Of a stretch of DNA of 64,000 bases, positions 14,049 to 26,519 are shown piece after piece (positions within the stretch are counted from its first letter, which is position 1; each line of letters opens with the position of its first letter). Location of the stretch: NCBI GenBank assembly GCA_028023455.1, contig JAQFVV010000010.1, forward strand, positions 3,100,001 to 3,164,000, given 5' to 3'. Position numbers and translations under genes: made by a program. The notes beneath the pieces were generated by a model. The model was not told the origin of the DNA and searched no databases. It saw only the letters and a program-made list of their open reading frames with translations. The stretch comes from Epiperipatus broadwayi. Taxonomy: Eukaryota; Animalia; Onychophora.

Positions 14049-14089
14049 GCAGTTGAGGCAGGTTAGAAAGTAACCGAAAGTACTTCTGT
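14049..14089 (+). ncRNA. Variant hammerhead-like motif 3' of Penelope A ORF (mirror copy 10940-10980, minus)
   Basis: GCAG-UUGAGGC-A-GGUUA gaaag UAACC-GAAA-GUAC-UU-CUG(U/C); palindrome AGUACU. Confidence 0.6.
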
Positions 14090-14881
14090 GAATTTAAGAA
14101 TTGTTTGTAATTGTTTTTAAACCGTTAAAAATATTATTTCAATTATAATTACAATATTGTTTTTAATTAACGGATATTTTATTTATTTTACATATATATA
14201 TAAATAGAACTTAATTAAATTTTGTTACCAGAAAAATTCATTTGGTAAATATTTGTGGATAACAAAAACAAAAACTAGAAATCTTTATTATTTAATATTA
14301 ATTAAATATAAAAAAAAGAGAATATAAAAAAAACAAACACTATTATACATTCTTTGAAGGATTAAATTTAAATCTGAAAATGATGGTAGGCATTCTTTAT
14401 CAGGGGATTATGATTGTGGTGCAATAAAAAAAAAATTAGTTTAGAAGCTAACAGCAGAGAGAATTGTGCTACTTCAGAGGATTGTTTATGGAAATTCAGT
14501 TTTACGCATCTAGATTCAGGAAAAGCCATTTTGTTAACTGATATTATATCTTGCTGTCCTGGAAATGTAAAGGGTCATAATAGAAAGGAAAAAATTATTT
14601 ATTCATGGCTATATATATTGTGAAGAAACTACAGAATATGTAGTGCTGTGATCTAAAAGTGTATTGGATCATGTCATTAACATGCCATCTCCTGTGAAAA
14701 ATTACCAAGTGCTTGGAATTTAAAAAACCTTAACTATAATATCTGAGTAATTTATACCTCTTTCTTGTTTATGAAAGAAGTATGCCCCATCATTATCTAA
14801 GATTTAAATATTTTATAAAAGATTGCAAAAAGAAGAACAAAATACCAGTTAAATAACTATGTAAATGGTTGATAATAGACA

Positions 14882-14935
14882 GAGGCAGAATTCTCCATAT
14901 AGTAGTGCCATGATCATGTGATGTTTAGTGGTTTG
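14882..14935. repeat. Short rearranged family H fragment
   Basis: ctccatatagtagtgcca joined to tgatcatgtgatgtttagtgg in opposite orientation. Confidence 0.65.
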
Positions 14936-15140
14936 ATAATAAATATTGTATTATAAGTATCCAAACAGATCAGTATGAATTTATATGAGTATACAGTTAA
15001 TATAATGCTAGCTAGCTGCATTGGTAAGATATTTTCTTTCTAAAACTTTAGAAAAGAAAAGGTCATAATGAGTTCACATTTACTGTGTTTCATCTGTTTT
15101 ATCTTTTATATAATCACTAGTTATTTCTTTTTTTTTTTAA

Positions 15141-15460
15141 GCCAATAAACATAACATGATCACCATTTCTTATGCTTGCTTATAACTGTTATTAAAACAG
15201 GCAAAACTCTCTATAAGTATTGCCACTCCGTGCAAGCCAGAGTAATCAATGGATGCCAGAAGGCTTGTGCATAAAATCCCTATCTAGTGCCTACTCATCC
15301 AATATCCCCAGATTAGTTTCTGGCTTATGGCTTTCGTGAGTGAGAAGCCTTGGATCTGAGAGCACTGCACCTAGATCTTAGGATGGGGATTTTATGCACA
15401 AGCCTTCTGGCATCTATTGATTACTCTGGCTTGCATGGAATGGCAATATGTATAGAGAGT
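15141..15460 (-). mobile_element. Family H copy with 5' inversion; hammerhead core mutated (CUCACGA) at 15305-15346
   Basis: Matches 10165-10410; 15381-15460 is an inverted duplicate. Confidence 0.85.
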
Positions 15461-16379
15461 TTTGCTTGTTCTTTTTTTTTTTTTACTTTTAATTTGTGTG
15501 TATATGTGCTAATTTTGTTATTTAATTCTGAAATGATTTTACTTTGTACAATTTAATTATATAATGTAAATAAATTGTTTTTATCAATTTTACTAAATTC
15601 AAATTGTCAGTGCCTTTCTTAGATCTCAGTTTTCATTACAAATGCTCACAATAGCACTCATAATTTCAGGATTGACATAAAACTAGAGAGATTTATTTAC
15701 CACTGAAAAAATGCTGATTGCTAGTGAAGATTAAAGATGAGAGAGAGGAGCTTTTCTATTCAGGTTTCTTTTCATATCAAAAGATGGTTCCTAGGAAAAG
15801 CTGTGGATGCATACGCCTTTATCATTAGTTAAATAAAAATTAATTACTTCTGAAAGGAAAAGATTATTTCTGAATTCCTAGAGCTGATTTTGAGGAGGTG
15901 ATTGGAAAATATAATCCATTGGATTTTGATCATTCCTACTATTATTTACTTTCTTTATGAGTGTATGAAGGTTAAAATAGTTACAGTTATATCAGAAGTC
16001 CTCCCTCAGGTTACTGTTATAGTGTGTTAAATCAAAGACTTTTATGCATGAAAGATGTGAACAGTTTTATACTTTTGATATCATTTGATAATTTGATTGT
16101 TTCAGTACCTGTTACTGGTATTTCTATCAACAGCTATGGAATCACATATACTATCCAATTGATAGCAAGTGAAATTCAATAACTCACTCTCTATAGTATA
16201 TTTTTCTCTTTATTCAACTCTCATTGTACAATATTCTAATTATGAATGAGTTACTTATTACATGCCAATAATAATATATCAAAAAAAAAAAATACTATTA
16301 GCTATATTATTACACTATTTAAGAAACTAAGATGGGGTAAAAAAAAAAGTGACAATCTCAATTAAGCTATATTCAAATA

Positions 16380-17230
16380 TCATTATAACACATTAGCCTG
16401 GGTTTTATACATTAGACATATTTAGAATCCAAAAAACTAACACCATCTCAGTATATGAAGTATCCTTTCCTGATCTTAAAATATTATTTAAAATCACTGC
16501 AACAGACAAACCATCTCCTATATAGGCTATTTAAAATCCATTCAGAGATTCTTTAATGGAAATATAGAATCTATTTTTCTCATCTGGTAAAAGTAAATAT
16601 CACTATTGGGAAACATATTCATTACTTTACCAACTACACCTTATAACAGAAAACTCATTCTTAACTTGACAAATAAACAACTATGCTAAAAATTTAGATA
16701 TTGATCACATGAATCTAGGTTTTTTAATTTCCTTTTAGAATTAAATTTAAAGGCATTATCTATGAACCATTTTTACAAATATAAAAAATACTTTCATATA
16801 GTGGAAAAACCATTCTAATTTTTTCCTTGAAGAATCAGAAACACGATCACACATTTTTCTCACTTGTCCTAGTTGATAAGGTTAAGAATGAGATATCAGC
16901 TCTACTTAGGAACAAAAATATAAATAACAAATATCTCCTAGAAAATTTTTAGTAAAGATATTTTTTCATATACTTATGTGAGGATAATAAGCCTGTTTTT
17001 ATGCTAGGATATTTATTCTCCATGCAATGTGGTGAACAAGATGTCTATCTGTATACAATAATAACATCACAGAGACATCCAAATACATTTAAAAATAATC
17101 TTGAAATAATAAGAGAAAGGGATAAAAAGAGTTGCAAAATATAAAAATTTGTTTAGAAAGCTGGTCAATATTCCATCAACCACCACCAATTTCAAACAAA
17201 AAGATTTCATATCAACTAAATGAAAAGATT
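16380..17230 (-). mobile_element. Highly decayed non-LTR (LINE) RT relic
   Basis: Residual RT-like segments in several frames with many stops. Confidence 0.4.
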
Positions 17231-17689
17231 TTAAACTTATATAATTGATTTAACAGGTGAAAAATGTTCCTTTATTTTATTTTATATTAGATATTACCAT
17301 ATGAGCAAAAGGCAAAAAAAAAAAGGAAAACAAATGTATTCAAATATCAATGAATAAATAAAGATTCTTTGAAAGATTGGTGATCATAGCAGTGACAATG
17401 ATAATAATGATGATGATAATAAGCAATCACATATAAAATGAATTTAAGACTGTATATGTAAAAAAACAACTTTGAGTATTTTGTTTTTAAAAATGTTCCA
17501 ATTTCTATATATATATCACATTGATGAGAGATATACATGACAATTTTCAGAAACAATTAGACTATTTTTCCTAGCTTTTTCTTTTTTAATTTTGTGTAAA
17601 CACAGCATCAAATTTAAAACAATTTCCACTAAACACAATTTAATAAATACTTGAATACAAGTATAAATTTATATACTTGGAATTTAGAT

Positions 17690-17870
17690 ATAATTACAGG
17701 GGATTTGAACACAGATTTCAAGCTCCCTTCAGCTATCCACTCTATCTCATACAACCAATATCCATGATCAAACACGTGAAATGGATAAACAATCTCCAAT
17801 ATACATATTTCATGCTGAACCAGCACTCATCAGTTGGTTTAGATCACCATCTCCCACACATTAAAAAATT
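17690..17870 (-). mobile_element. Family H3 hammerhead repeat
   Basis: Reverse complement aligns with 26775-26940. Confidence 0.75.
17796..17837 (-). ncRNA. Type I minimal hammerhead, family H3, canonical core
   Basis: CCAA-CUGAUGA-GUGCUG guu CAGCAU-GAAA-UAUGUA-UA-UUGG. Confidence 0.8.
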
Positions 17871-18404
17871 ATGGAAGTATAGTTTTGAATAATATAAGTT
17901 TGGGTTTAGTAATTGGAATCTAAAAGTGAAATACTTGCTTGTCTTGTTTAATTTTTGATTAAAAAGTCCATTAATATTGATGATATAGCTATAAACATCA
18001 AGATTCTAGAATAAACTATACTAAGAGTTTGACAAGAAAAGGCGACTTAGTGATATTAACATTCAAAGTTTGCATTTGGATGTAGCATTCTATCGCTAAG
18101 TTATTTTTATCTATCTTTGGGCAAATAATATATATTTATATATCTATATCAAAAATTCTCAATTCTTTATAAATTAGAGTTATCTCAGATTAATTATCTG
18201 ATTTTTCTCTAAATGGTAGCCATCAAGTAATCTAATTAATCCAATTATGTATTATGAGTTTAAAACAGTATAAGATTCTAGCATCAATTCTATAAAATAT
18301 ATAAACATAAAAATGATATACAGAAATAGAACAACACATATATAATATCAAATTATAAGACTTCTTCGAACATTTCTTTTATTCAGCTCATATTTAAAAC
18401 TTAC

Positions 18405-18499
18405 CTTGATAACATAGCAAGAGGTGTGATATCAAGAGAGCCTTTTATTATAGCAACCATTATTCCAGGAGCTTCTTTTTCTATCACAGCTTTAGTGGC
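18405..18499 (-). CDS. GPHN: Gephyrin exon 5 ([32 protein letters not shown])
   Basis: 95 nt, AG/GTAAG flanks, matches ATKEVIEREAPG...TPLGMLSR. Confidence 0.95.
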
Positions 18500-18595
18500 C
18501 TTTAAATTGATAAACATTAAATTAAAAAAATCTGTTAGACTTTGATGAATCTCATTTTTTGTTCTAAATTATATCAAAATAAGAACAAGATTTAC

Positions 18596-18688
18596 CTCTG
18601 GAGTAATATCTCGTGGAGCAAATCCAGTTCCACCAACAGTTAAAATTACATCTAATTTGAATACATCTGACCAAAAAATCAAGACATT
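18596..18688 (-). CDS. GPHN: Gephyrin exon 4 ([31 protein letters not shown])
   Basis: Signature [17 protein letters not shown] motif; 93 nt; AG/GT flanks. Confidence 0.95.
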
Positions 18689-19676
18689 CTAAATACAACA
18701 ATAACAAAAAATAAAATAAAATGTATAATACAACTAAAATAGTACTAAAAAAGATAAAAAGAGTAAAATAATATTTAATTTTTCAAATATGTGACTACCC
18801 TTAGCATTTTTTTGCATGTATTTGAAATATAATAATTCTATAATTCTATAAGCATGATTTTTATAATATTACAACTTAATCATTATTTAATATATGATCC
18901 ACAATATTAAAATATCTAAGCTGATCCTAACAAAATAAGATTATGAGAAAAAAGAGCAAGTATTAAAATAAAATCATTGACTGTCTATGTTATTAACTGC
19001 AAAAAGGAAATAACCTAAGTGAAAACTGTAACAGATTGTAAAATGTAATTCAAAAGCTAAAAAGTAAATCATATATATAATTACTCCAGAAGCAAATTAA
19101 ATTTTTTTTCCTGCAAATGTTATATATTTGTATAAAAAAATCTTATTCGAAAATGCATACAAGATTTATATATAATTTTTCAGACTGTTTTTAAAAATTT
19201 AATGTTTTTTTTTTAAACTAATCATTTATAACTTAAAATTACATTAGATATAGAATTAAAGAATTTTTTTCACAACATTTAATGATATTATAAATGGGAT
19301 CAGTGTATACTGAGGGCACACAGGATTTTATTATTTAAATGTAATCAAAATGAGCATCTACGTAGATAAATTGTTCACTATCAAAAGTTCACAATTAAAT
19401 TCCTGAAAAACATCAGCTAGAATATCTTCAATAAAGTTATACTACTGTAAGAAAAAAATGAATTATATCAGCAGATGCTTTCTATTTGTCATTTGATTCC
19501 AAAGAATAAAAATTAAATATTTATTCTTAAATTATTAAAAGAAATAATATCGGTAGTAAAGTTTAGCCAATATGCTTTTATAACTATATTTAAAGTTTTC
19601 TTTAATTATGGTAGGTTTCTACTGCTTAGCCATTCAAAAATTCTTTTTACTTTTTAATAAAGCTGAATATCTTATA

Positions 19677-22600
19677 TCATTTGAAAATATGTATTTTAAT
19701 AAGTTATGTATTTTGATAAGTTGTGAAATTAATTTACAGAGAGGAAATAAAATAGATAAATAATAAATAGCCAGAATAAGATTAACCAAATTGCTGTAAT
19801 ATAAAATACTTAATTAAAACTTATTGTGTATAGTAATTATTATCAGAAGCAAAAAAATAAATAACACATAATGGAGGAAATTTAATTAGAATGAATTAAA
19901 ATACTAATTAAATTTACAGAGGCAAGATTAAACTGTTAATATCCTCACCACCCGAATTTTCCCCAATGAGCTTAATTACTTCAGAAAACAAAAGGACTGA
20001 AAGTATAAAAACTGTGGGAAAAAAGCAACACATGATCTTCATCATCTTCAAGGCAACTATGATATAACAGTAAACAGCAGAAAAAACCAGTGAGAACATC
20101 TTATTCTCAGGATCTCTGTTAATGAAGGTTAATAAGCCATCTAGGATCATAACAGATCACCCCGATCTTATTATGTTAAAGCCTTTAAGGGCTGCAAGGC
20201 TTAAAGAATAATGATGATTGTAAAAGAAAATGTATTGCCTTCAGTATTTTATTACTAGAAAATAGACTTAGTCAAGAAAAACTTATTCCTGATTAGCTGT
20301 AATCAGGATATATAAATTAGAATAGCATTTGATTCATGTATCTAAACTATATATATTATACCACCAAACATCACATGATCACCATCTCATACTAGCACAA
20401 TTGTTGTAAACAAAAGCAAAACTCTCCATACAGTAGTGCCACCCTGTGCTAACCAGAGTAATCAATAGATGCCAGAAGGCTTGTGCATAAAATCCCTATC
20501 TAGTGCCTACTCATCCAATATCCCCAGACTAGTTTCTGGCTTGTGGCCCGTCACTGTGTTCTGTGCGCCCTCAAAAAATAATATTTTGTGCTAAATTTAT
20601 TATCTAATTCCAGATATTAGTGAGCTAAGACATAGTAAAACTTGGCACAGGTGTTTAGATTGAACCTAGTTTAGAGAGAGAATTAGCAGTTGTAAAGTTC
20701 AAAACTAGTTTTGAAGGAATTAAAAAATATCATAATTTGGGCAAACTTGTATTTCCAAGTTTGATGTAGGAAATGCCATCAAATGGCAATTGTACTTAAC
20801 CCAAATCAAAAAATTTTTCACACAAAATGGAATAAAGGACAAATGAAAAGTCGCAGCACTCTTTATGTTTTTCTGATAGAAAAGTTATTGAGATAATTAA
20901 TAAATTTTATGATGCTTCTGTAACAGATAATGTACCATATGAGGGATTAATAAAAAAATTAAACAAATATTTTAACCCTCGACCATCCTGCCATATAGCA
21001 CATTTACATTTAAGAAATAAAAAACAGTTTAAGGATGAAACAATAAAGGAGTATAATTCAGCCCTGAGAGGGATAGTGAATAACTGCAGGTATAGGGAAT
21101 TTGTCGAGGAAATATTTATATTCTGGGACATGTCTGATGACAGGGACAAACAACAGATGTTAACAGAAACTGACCTAACATATGAAATTTCTATAAAGAA
21201 AGAAATAGCTTATAATCTAATTTTAAGAACAGGTTCATGCTTTTAAATCTAAATCTAAGATAATACTCATATGCAAGTTTTTAAGACGACAAAAAAATGT
21301 ATTTTAATCTGCAAAAACCTGAATATGAAAGAAAAATAAAGTCAAGACTGTAAATGAAAGCAGAAAACATGTTTTAAATGCAGAAGTAAGGGGCATTTAG
21401 CATGCATCTGTAGAAAATTTGGGAATGGGAAGAGCCAAAAATACCTCAAGTACAGAAAAATAAGGGAGGCAAACCCTTTAATACTCATGTTATAAAAAAC
21501 ATGTAAGTTCAGGGATCGCAGCAATTCATGATGAAATTGCAAATTTGTGAAAAAGAAATTACAATAGAGATAGATAGTGGCTCAGGGATATCTATAATGT
21601 CAAGGTAGATTAGGGCACACTATCAGCTGCTGATGCTAGCATTAAAATAGAAAAAATAGATGTTAAGGCTCATGATGTGAGCAGAAATGCACTGAAATTA
21701 CTGGGACAAATAAAAGCATCAATTAGATACTGTGAGAAAATAATTAAATTACCATTGTATATAGTAAAAGAGAAAATTAGCCCTAAAATTGGAAGGGAAT
21801 AATTCCAATGCGATAGGAATCCAAGTTATTTATAGTAAAAAAAATTTCCCTCAAACAGGAAATTCAAATAAATATCCAGACTTATTCAGTGAAGAATTGG
21901 ATATAATATCAACGAGCTCAATAAAGATAGAGTTTATTGAAAATGCACATCCAGTTTTGTGTAAACCATGAAAAATCCCATTCACACAGGACACAAAAGT
22001 AGAGGAGAAAATTCAAGGATTGGTCAATAAGGGCATATTGACACTAGTTGAAACATCAGATTGAGTCAGACCTATAGTCATAATAATAAAACCCAATGGT
22101 CAAATATGGATGTGGGGATTATAGAGTAACAGTAAATAAGTATTTAAATAATGGAGCATATCCAGTACCTAATGTGAGAAAGGTATTGGCTAGTCTACAA
22201 AATGCATCACATTTTGTGAATCTGGGCTTTAACTCCAATTTTCATGAAATACCAGTGATGGACAAGTCAGCAAAAATTTTAACCCTAACAATCCCTGTGA
22301 GATTATTTAAATGCAACTGGAAAATGTTTAGTATTTCAATGGTGCTGAATATATTTCAAGGAAAAATTAATGCTATATTATAGATGTTAGATAGTGTTAA
22401 TACCTTATTTTGACAACATACTTATAATAGCCTTCTCAGAAGAGATGTTTCATCAAAGACTGTTTAAGGTATGTGAAAAATAGTAGAGATTCAGAGTCAA
22501 ATAAAAAGTTCAGAAAAGCATGTGGAATATGAAGGAATTAGTATACCTAGGGCATATAATCTTGGACAAGGGTAAGCGACCATTGCCAAAAACAAAAAGC

Positions 22601-25275
22601 CATGAAAAATGCAGCTAAACCAAGAAATGTTAAAGAACTCCAGGCATTTCTGAATTTGATAAACTATTTCAAACCTTTTTTTTTACAGAATAAAGTTAAA
22701 TTAGCAAAACCTATGTATGAGTTATTAAAGATAAATCAAAAATGGCAGTGGTTACAAATACATGAGGAAGCTTTTATACAAACTAAAGCCCTGCTGTTCT
22801 CAGACAAATTACTAGTTCATTTTGATAATAATCTTGAAGTGTGCTTAACAATAGACGCTTCAGAATGGAGTGTGTGAACAGTTTTATGTCATCCATGTTA
22901 TAATGGCATATGACTAATAGCCTATGCATCAAGAATCCTTTCTAAAGTTGAGAGAAACTATAGCTAGAATGACAAAGAAGCCTTAGCTATTATATTCGGC
23001 TTAAAGAAATTTCAATAATATATATTCGGTAGATCTTTTCACATAGTAACCAATCACAAGCCATTATTGAGAATATTAGCGAACAATAAGCTAGCACCTG
23101 ACTATTTGAGTCGACATATGTTACAGTGAAGAAATATATTATCATCATATGATTACCAGATGCCATATAAGAAATGGAAGATTCCACATACCGATGCTTC
23201 ATCTAGAAATCCAGACAAAGATGAACCACAGAGTAAAGAAATAGAAATTAGTTATAGATATCCTATAGTCACACATCTTAAACAGCAATACGGTAGCAAA
23301 ATGGACAAAGGCCAATAAAGAGTGCCAGCTGCTGATAGACTGGATTAGAAATTGCTAGCCATCTAAGCAACCTAATGCTTTCCTCCTGCTTTTTTGGACA
23401 AATCATGATGATATTATTCAGTGGGGATTGAGTGTTAATGATGGATAGAGTAATAATGCCAACAAAGGATAGAGTCTAAGGACATCCAGGAGTTGTGCAT
23501 GCAAAAGTGTTATCATGTAGCTACACCTGGTAGCCAAAAATAACTGTAGACATTGAGAAACTATTAAGAAATGTACAGCTTGTAAGTCCAAAATGAGTAT
23601 AAAACCTAAGGAGTACACACCATGGCCTAAAGCAACTAAACTATGGCACAGGCTTCACATGGATCACGTAAGTCCAATTAATGAAAAAATATTTCTTATA
23701 CTCACAGATGCATACTCTAAATGGGTGGAGTATTGCATCATGAAAAATATAAGTGAGGGTGAAAATGATACAAAGTTTGAACCCAGTTTTTTCTTGCCAT
23801 GGATTACCAAAAGTAATTAATTTTCAATAATGGTGCCGGATTCACTGCTCAAGAAATGAAAAAAATTTTCAAGTATAAAGGCAGCAAACATATCTATACA
23901 ACTCTGTACCATTATGCAACAAGCTTTATATGATGCTAGGCTAAATCAATATTCCATATCATTGACGGTTACAGGTAAATCTCTGAGTTGTTGATGGGAA
24001 GGAAACTGCTTATAAAACTAACAGTGTTACTTCCAAAAATAGATGAACACTTTCAGTATCATGGTGAAGACAACATATATGAAATAGGTGGTAAAGTTTG
24101 GGTGCACAATCTGGTCAAAAAGAAATGTATTGAAGATATAATCACAAACAAGTATCTAAACAAATTATAATCATTCAAATTCAGAGGTCTATAAATCATG
24201 TCCACCGATAAGTCATAGAAGACATCCAGATTCCAGCAATGCTACTAATTGATGAAGAAGAAACGACCAAAACTTGCGGAAAACAAGAAATAGCTGACAT
24301 AGCACCTGATAAAGAAATTCAAGAGAAATAGATTCAGTTATAATGTAGTGAAACTGAAGCAGTAACAAAAATGCAAAATGAGGTACTCACAGTAACAACA
24401 GAATAACATAGATCACCCAGGCCCTAATATAAAAAATAGAGACCTAAAAAGTTACAAGATTATGTGTAAAATATAGTAAATTGTTTTCTGGAATAAGGGA
24501 AAGATTATTAAAATATATATATTTTAATAAGTTATGTATTTCGATAAATTATGAAATTAATTTACAGGGGGAAAATAAAGTAGATAAATAATAAATAGCC
24601 GAATAAGATTAATCAAATTGCTGTAAGATAAAATATTTAATTAAAATGTATTGTGTACAGTAATTATTATCAGGAAGAAAAAATAAATATCAGATAATGG
24701 AGGAAATTTAATTAATAGGAGTTAAAATTCTAATTAAATTTACAGAGGCAAGATTAAACTGATAATATACCCCACCTAGATTTTCCCCAATGAGCTTATT
24801 AATCTTCAGAAAACAAAAGAAATGAAAATATAAAAACTGTGAAAAAAAGCAACACCTGAAGCAGTGGAAGAAATCAGTGGGGGACATCTTATTCCCAGAA
24901 TCTCATATCCTGAGGGTCAATAAGCTGTACTCTGATCTTATTATTATTATTTTTAAATGCCTTAAGGGTTTCCAGGCTTAACGGATGATGATGATGGTAA
25001 AGGTAAATGTACTATCTTTAGTATTTTATTTTAGTGAATGTACTTAGTAAAAAAAAAGGACTTATTCCTAATTAGCTGCGATCGGGTCATATAAATTGGA
25101 ATAGCGTTTCATTCATGTATCTAGAATACATATATTATATGCATATATATTAACATATATATTAAATTGTATAAACTGAAGTCTGAGTCACTGTGTTCTT
25201 TGTGTCATCAAAAAATAATATTCTCTACTAAATTTGTTATTCATACTCCAAGGATTAGTGAGTTAAAACATAACA
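19677..25275 (+). mobile_element. Full-length but decayed Ty3/Gypsy LTR retrotransposon (Mag-like)
   Basis: LTRs about 19677-20637 and 24505-25275 (visibly diverged), PBS-like TGGCACAGG at 20643, purine tract before 24505; gag (FD...W..Y...FF..NGI; CFKCRSKGH), protease DSG, RT (CGDYRVTVN, YFDN), RNase H (IDAS, EALAI), integrase (RLHMDH, DAYSKW); many stops and frameshifts. Confidence 0.92.
20361..20549 (-). mobile_element. 5'-truncated family H copy inserted in the Gypsy 5' LTR
   Basis: Absent from the 3' LTR, which has about 47 bp of other sequence at this site; truncated within hammerhead stem II. Confidence 0.88.
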
Positions 25276-25719
25276 TCATTTTAAGTGTTTTTCAGTTGTA
25301 TTTCTTAATACGTTCTAAATCAAATATTTTTAAAGTTACATCATCATTGACTGATAATCTCAAATTTAATTTCCATCATTATTATCATTAATACAGTAGT
25401 AATGAAGTAGTAGTAGTAATAGTAATAATAATAATAATGTTATTTATATCATAACAAAAATCATTCTAGAGTGAGATAAATACTTAATGCCTGTAGGCAT
25501 GTTAAGCAATTTTCTGAAAAAGTGAACCTTTAACTAAAAGTCCTAGAAAAGAGTTTTGTAGTCTAGCAATAAGAAATCACTTCATCATTATCTATAATAG
25601 TAAATAAAGTTCAGATTTATGCAAAACAATACACAATAGTGCAAAAAATTCAACATCTAGCAACTTTCATTTTGTTATATCATTATATGTATTTATAGTA
25701 ATAAATAAAAGAATATTCC

Positions 25720-25850
25720 AGATAAAGACTTTAAATGTTTTCTCTTACCGCACTTATTAATAAGAGCTTGTTTGAACTATTGGTACACTCTCTATATTGC
25801 ATTTTTGTAAATACAAGCTTTTTATAAAGCAATGTCATAATATATGATTT
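25720..25850 (+). repeat. Downstream part of family H2 repeat
   Basis: ttctcttaccgcactta...agagcttgtttgaactatt...catttttgtaaatacaagc shared with 48380-48490 (minus), 48660-48720 and 49860-49930. Confidence 0.75.
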
Positions 25851-26001
25851 GCATTGTAAATTGTATGTATATGTAAGATATAAAATATGTTAAATTTATT
25901 TATCTGTTTATTTGATTAGAGTATGCAAGTATGTGCTTTTAAAAAATGCAATTGAATGTAAATAATGATATGTAGATGGCTACGTGAATTGTATAGTATA
26001 A

Positions 26002-26043
26002 TATCTTGAGAAGGTCTCAATGAAGATGAAAGCCGGTTCGATA
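26002..26043 (+). ncRNA. Hammerhead motif with U3-A8 core
   Basis: UAUC-UUGAGAA-G-GUCU caauga AGAU-GAAA-GCCGGU-UC-GAUA. Confidence 0.6.
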
Positions 26044-26519
26044 AATTTTATAATATAGTTATTAATAGTTGTTTATTTCAATCTTACTTTGATTATTTAT
26101 TTAATAAATTATATTTATCAAATTAAAATTTACTATTTAAAATTTTAATGATGTTTAAAATTAAGATTTTAATTTAGTGCAAGCCTGATTTCTTCAACTT
26201 TTATTTTATATTCTTCTAACATATTCTTAATATTCATTCTCCATCCACATCTTTCACTAATCTTTCTACTGTTATTACTATTTTTCATCACATTACTAAC
26301 CATTTCTATTATAAAAAAGTTATGATTATTATTACATACTCTCTCTTCATTATCAAACACTTAAATATTTTTACTTGTAACTTTATTAAAAGAAAAAAGT
26401 TACAAGTAAAAATATTTAAAAACTTTTAAAAATACATTCTTTTTTAAGTAGAAATTAAAAGTTCTTAAATATTTTTACTTGTAACTTTTTTCTGTCTAAA
26501 AGTTTCTTCATGTATATAT

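Larger units (their letters stand above)
10880..14149 (+). mobile_element. Penelope-like element A with inverted duplicate of its 3' part (10880-11674 mirrors 13356-14149)
   Basis: RT plus C-terminal GIY-YIG ORF; about 795-bp near-identical inverted copy, the inverted pLTR arrangement typical of Penelope-like elements. Confidence 0.95.
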
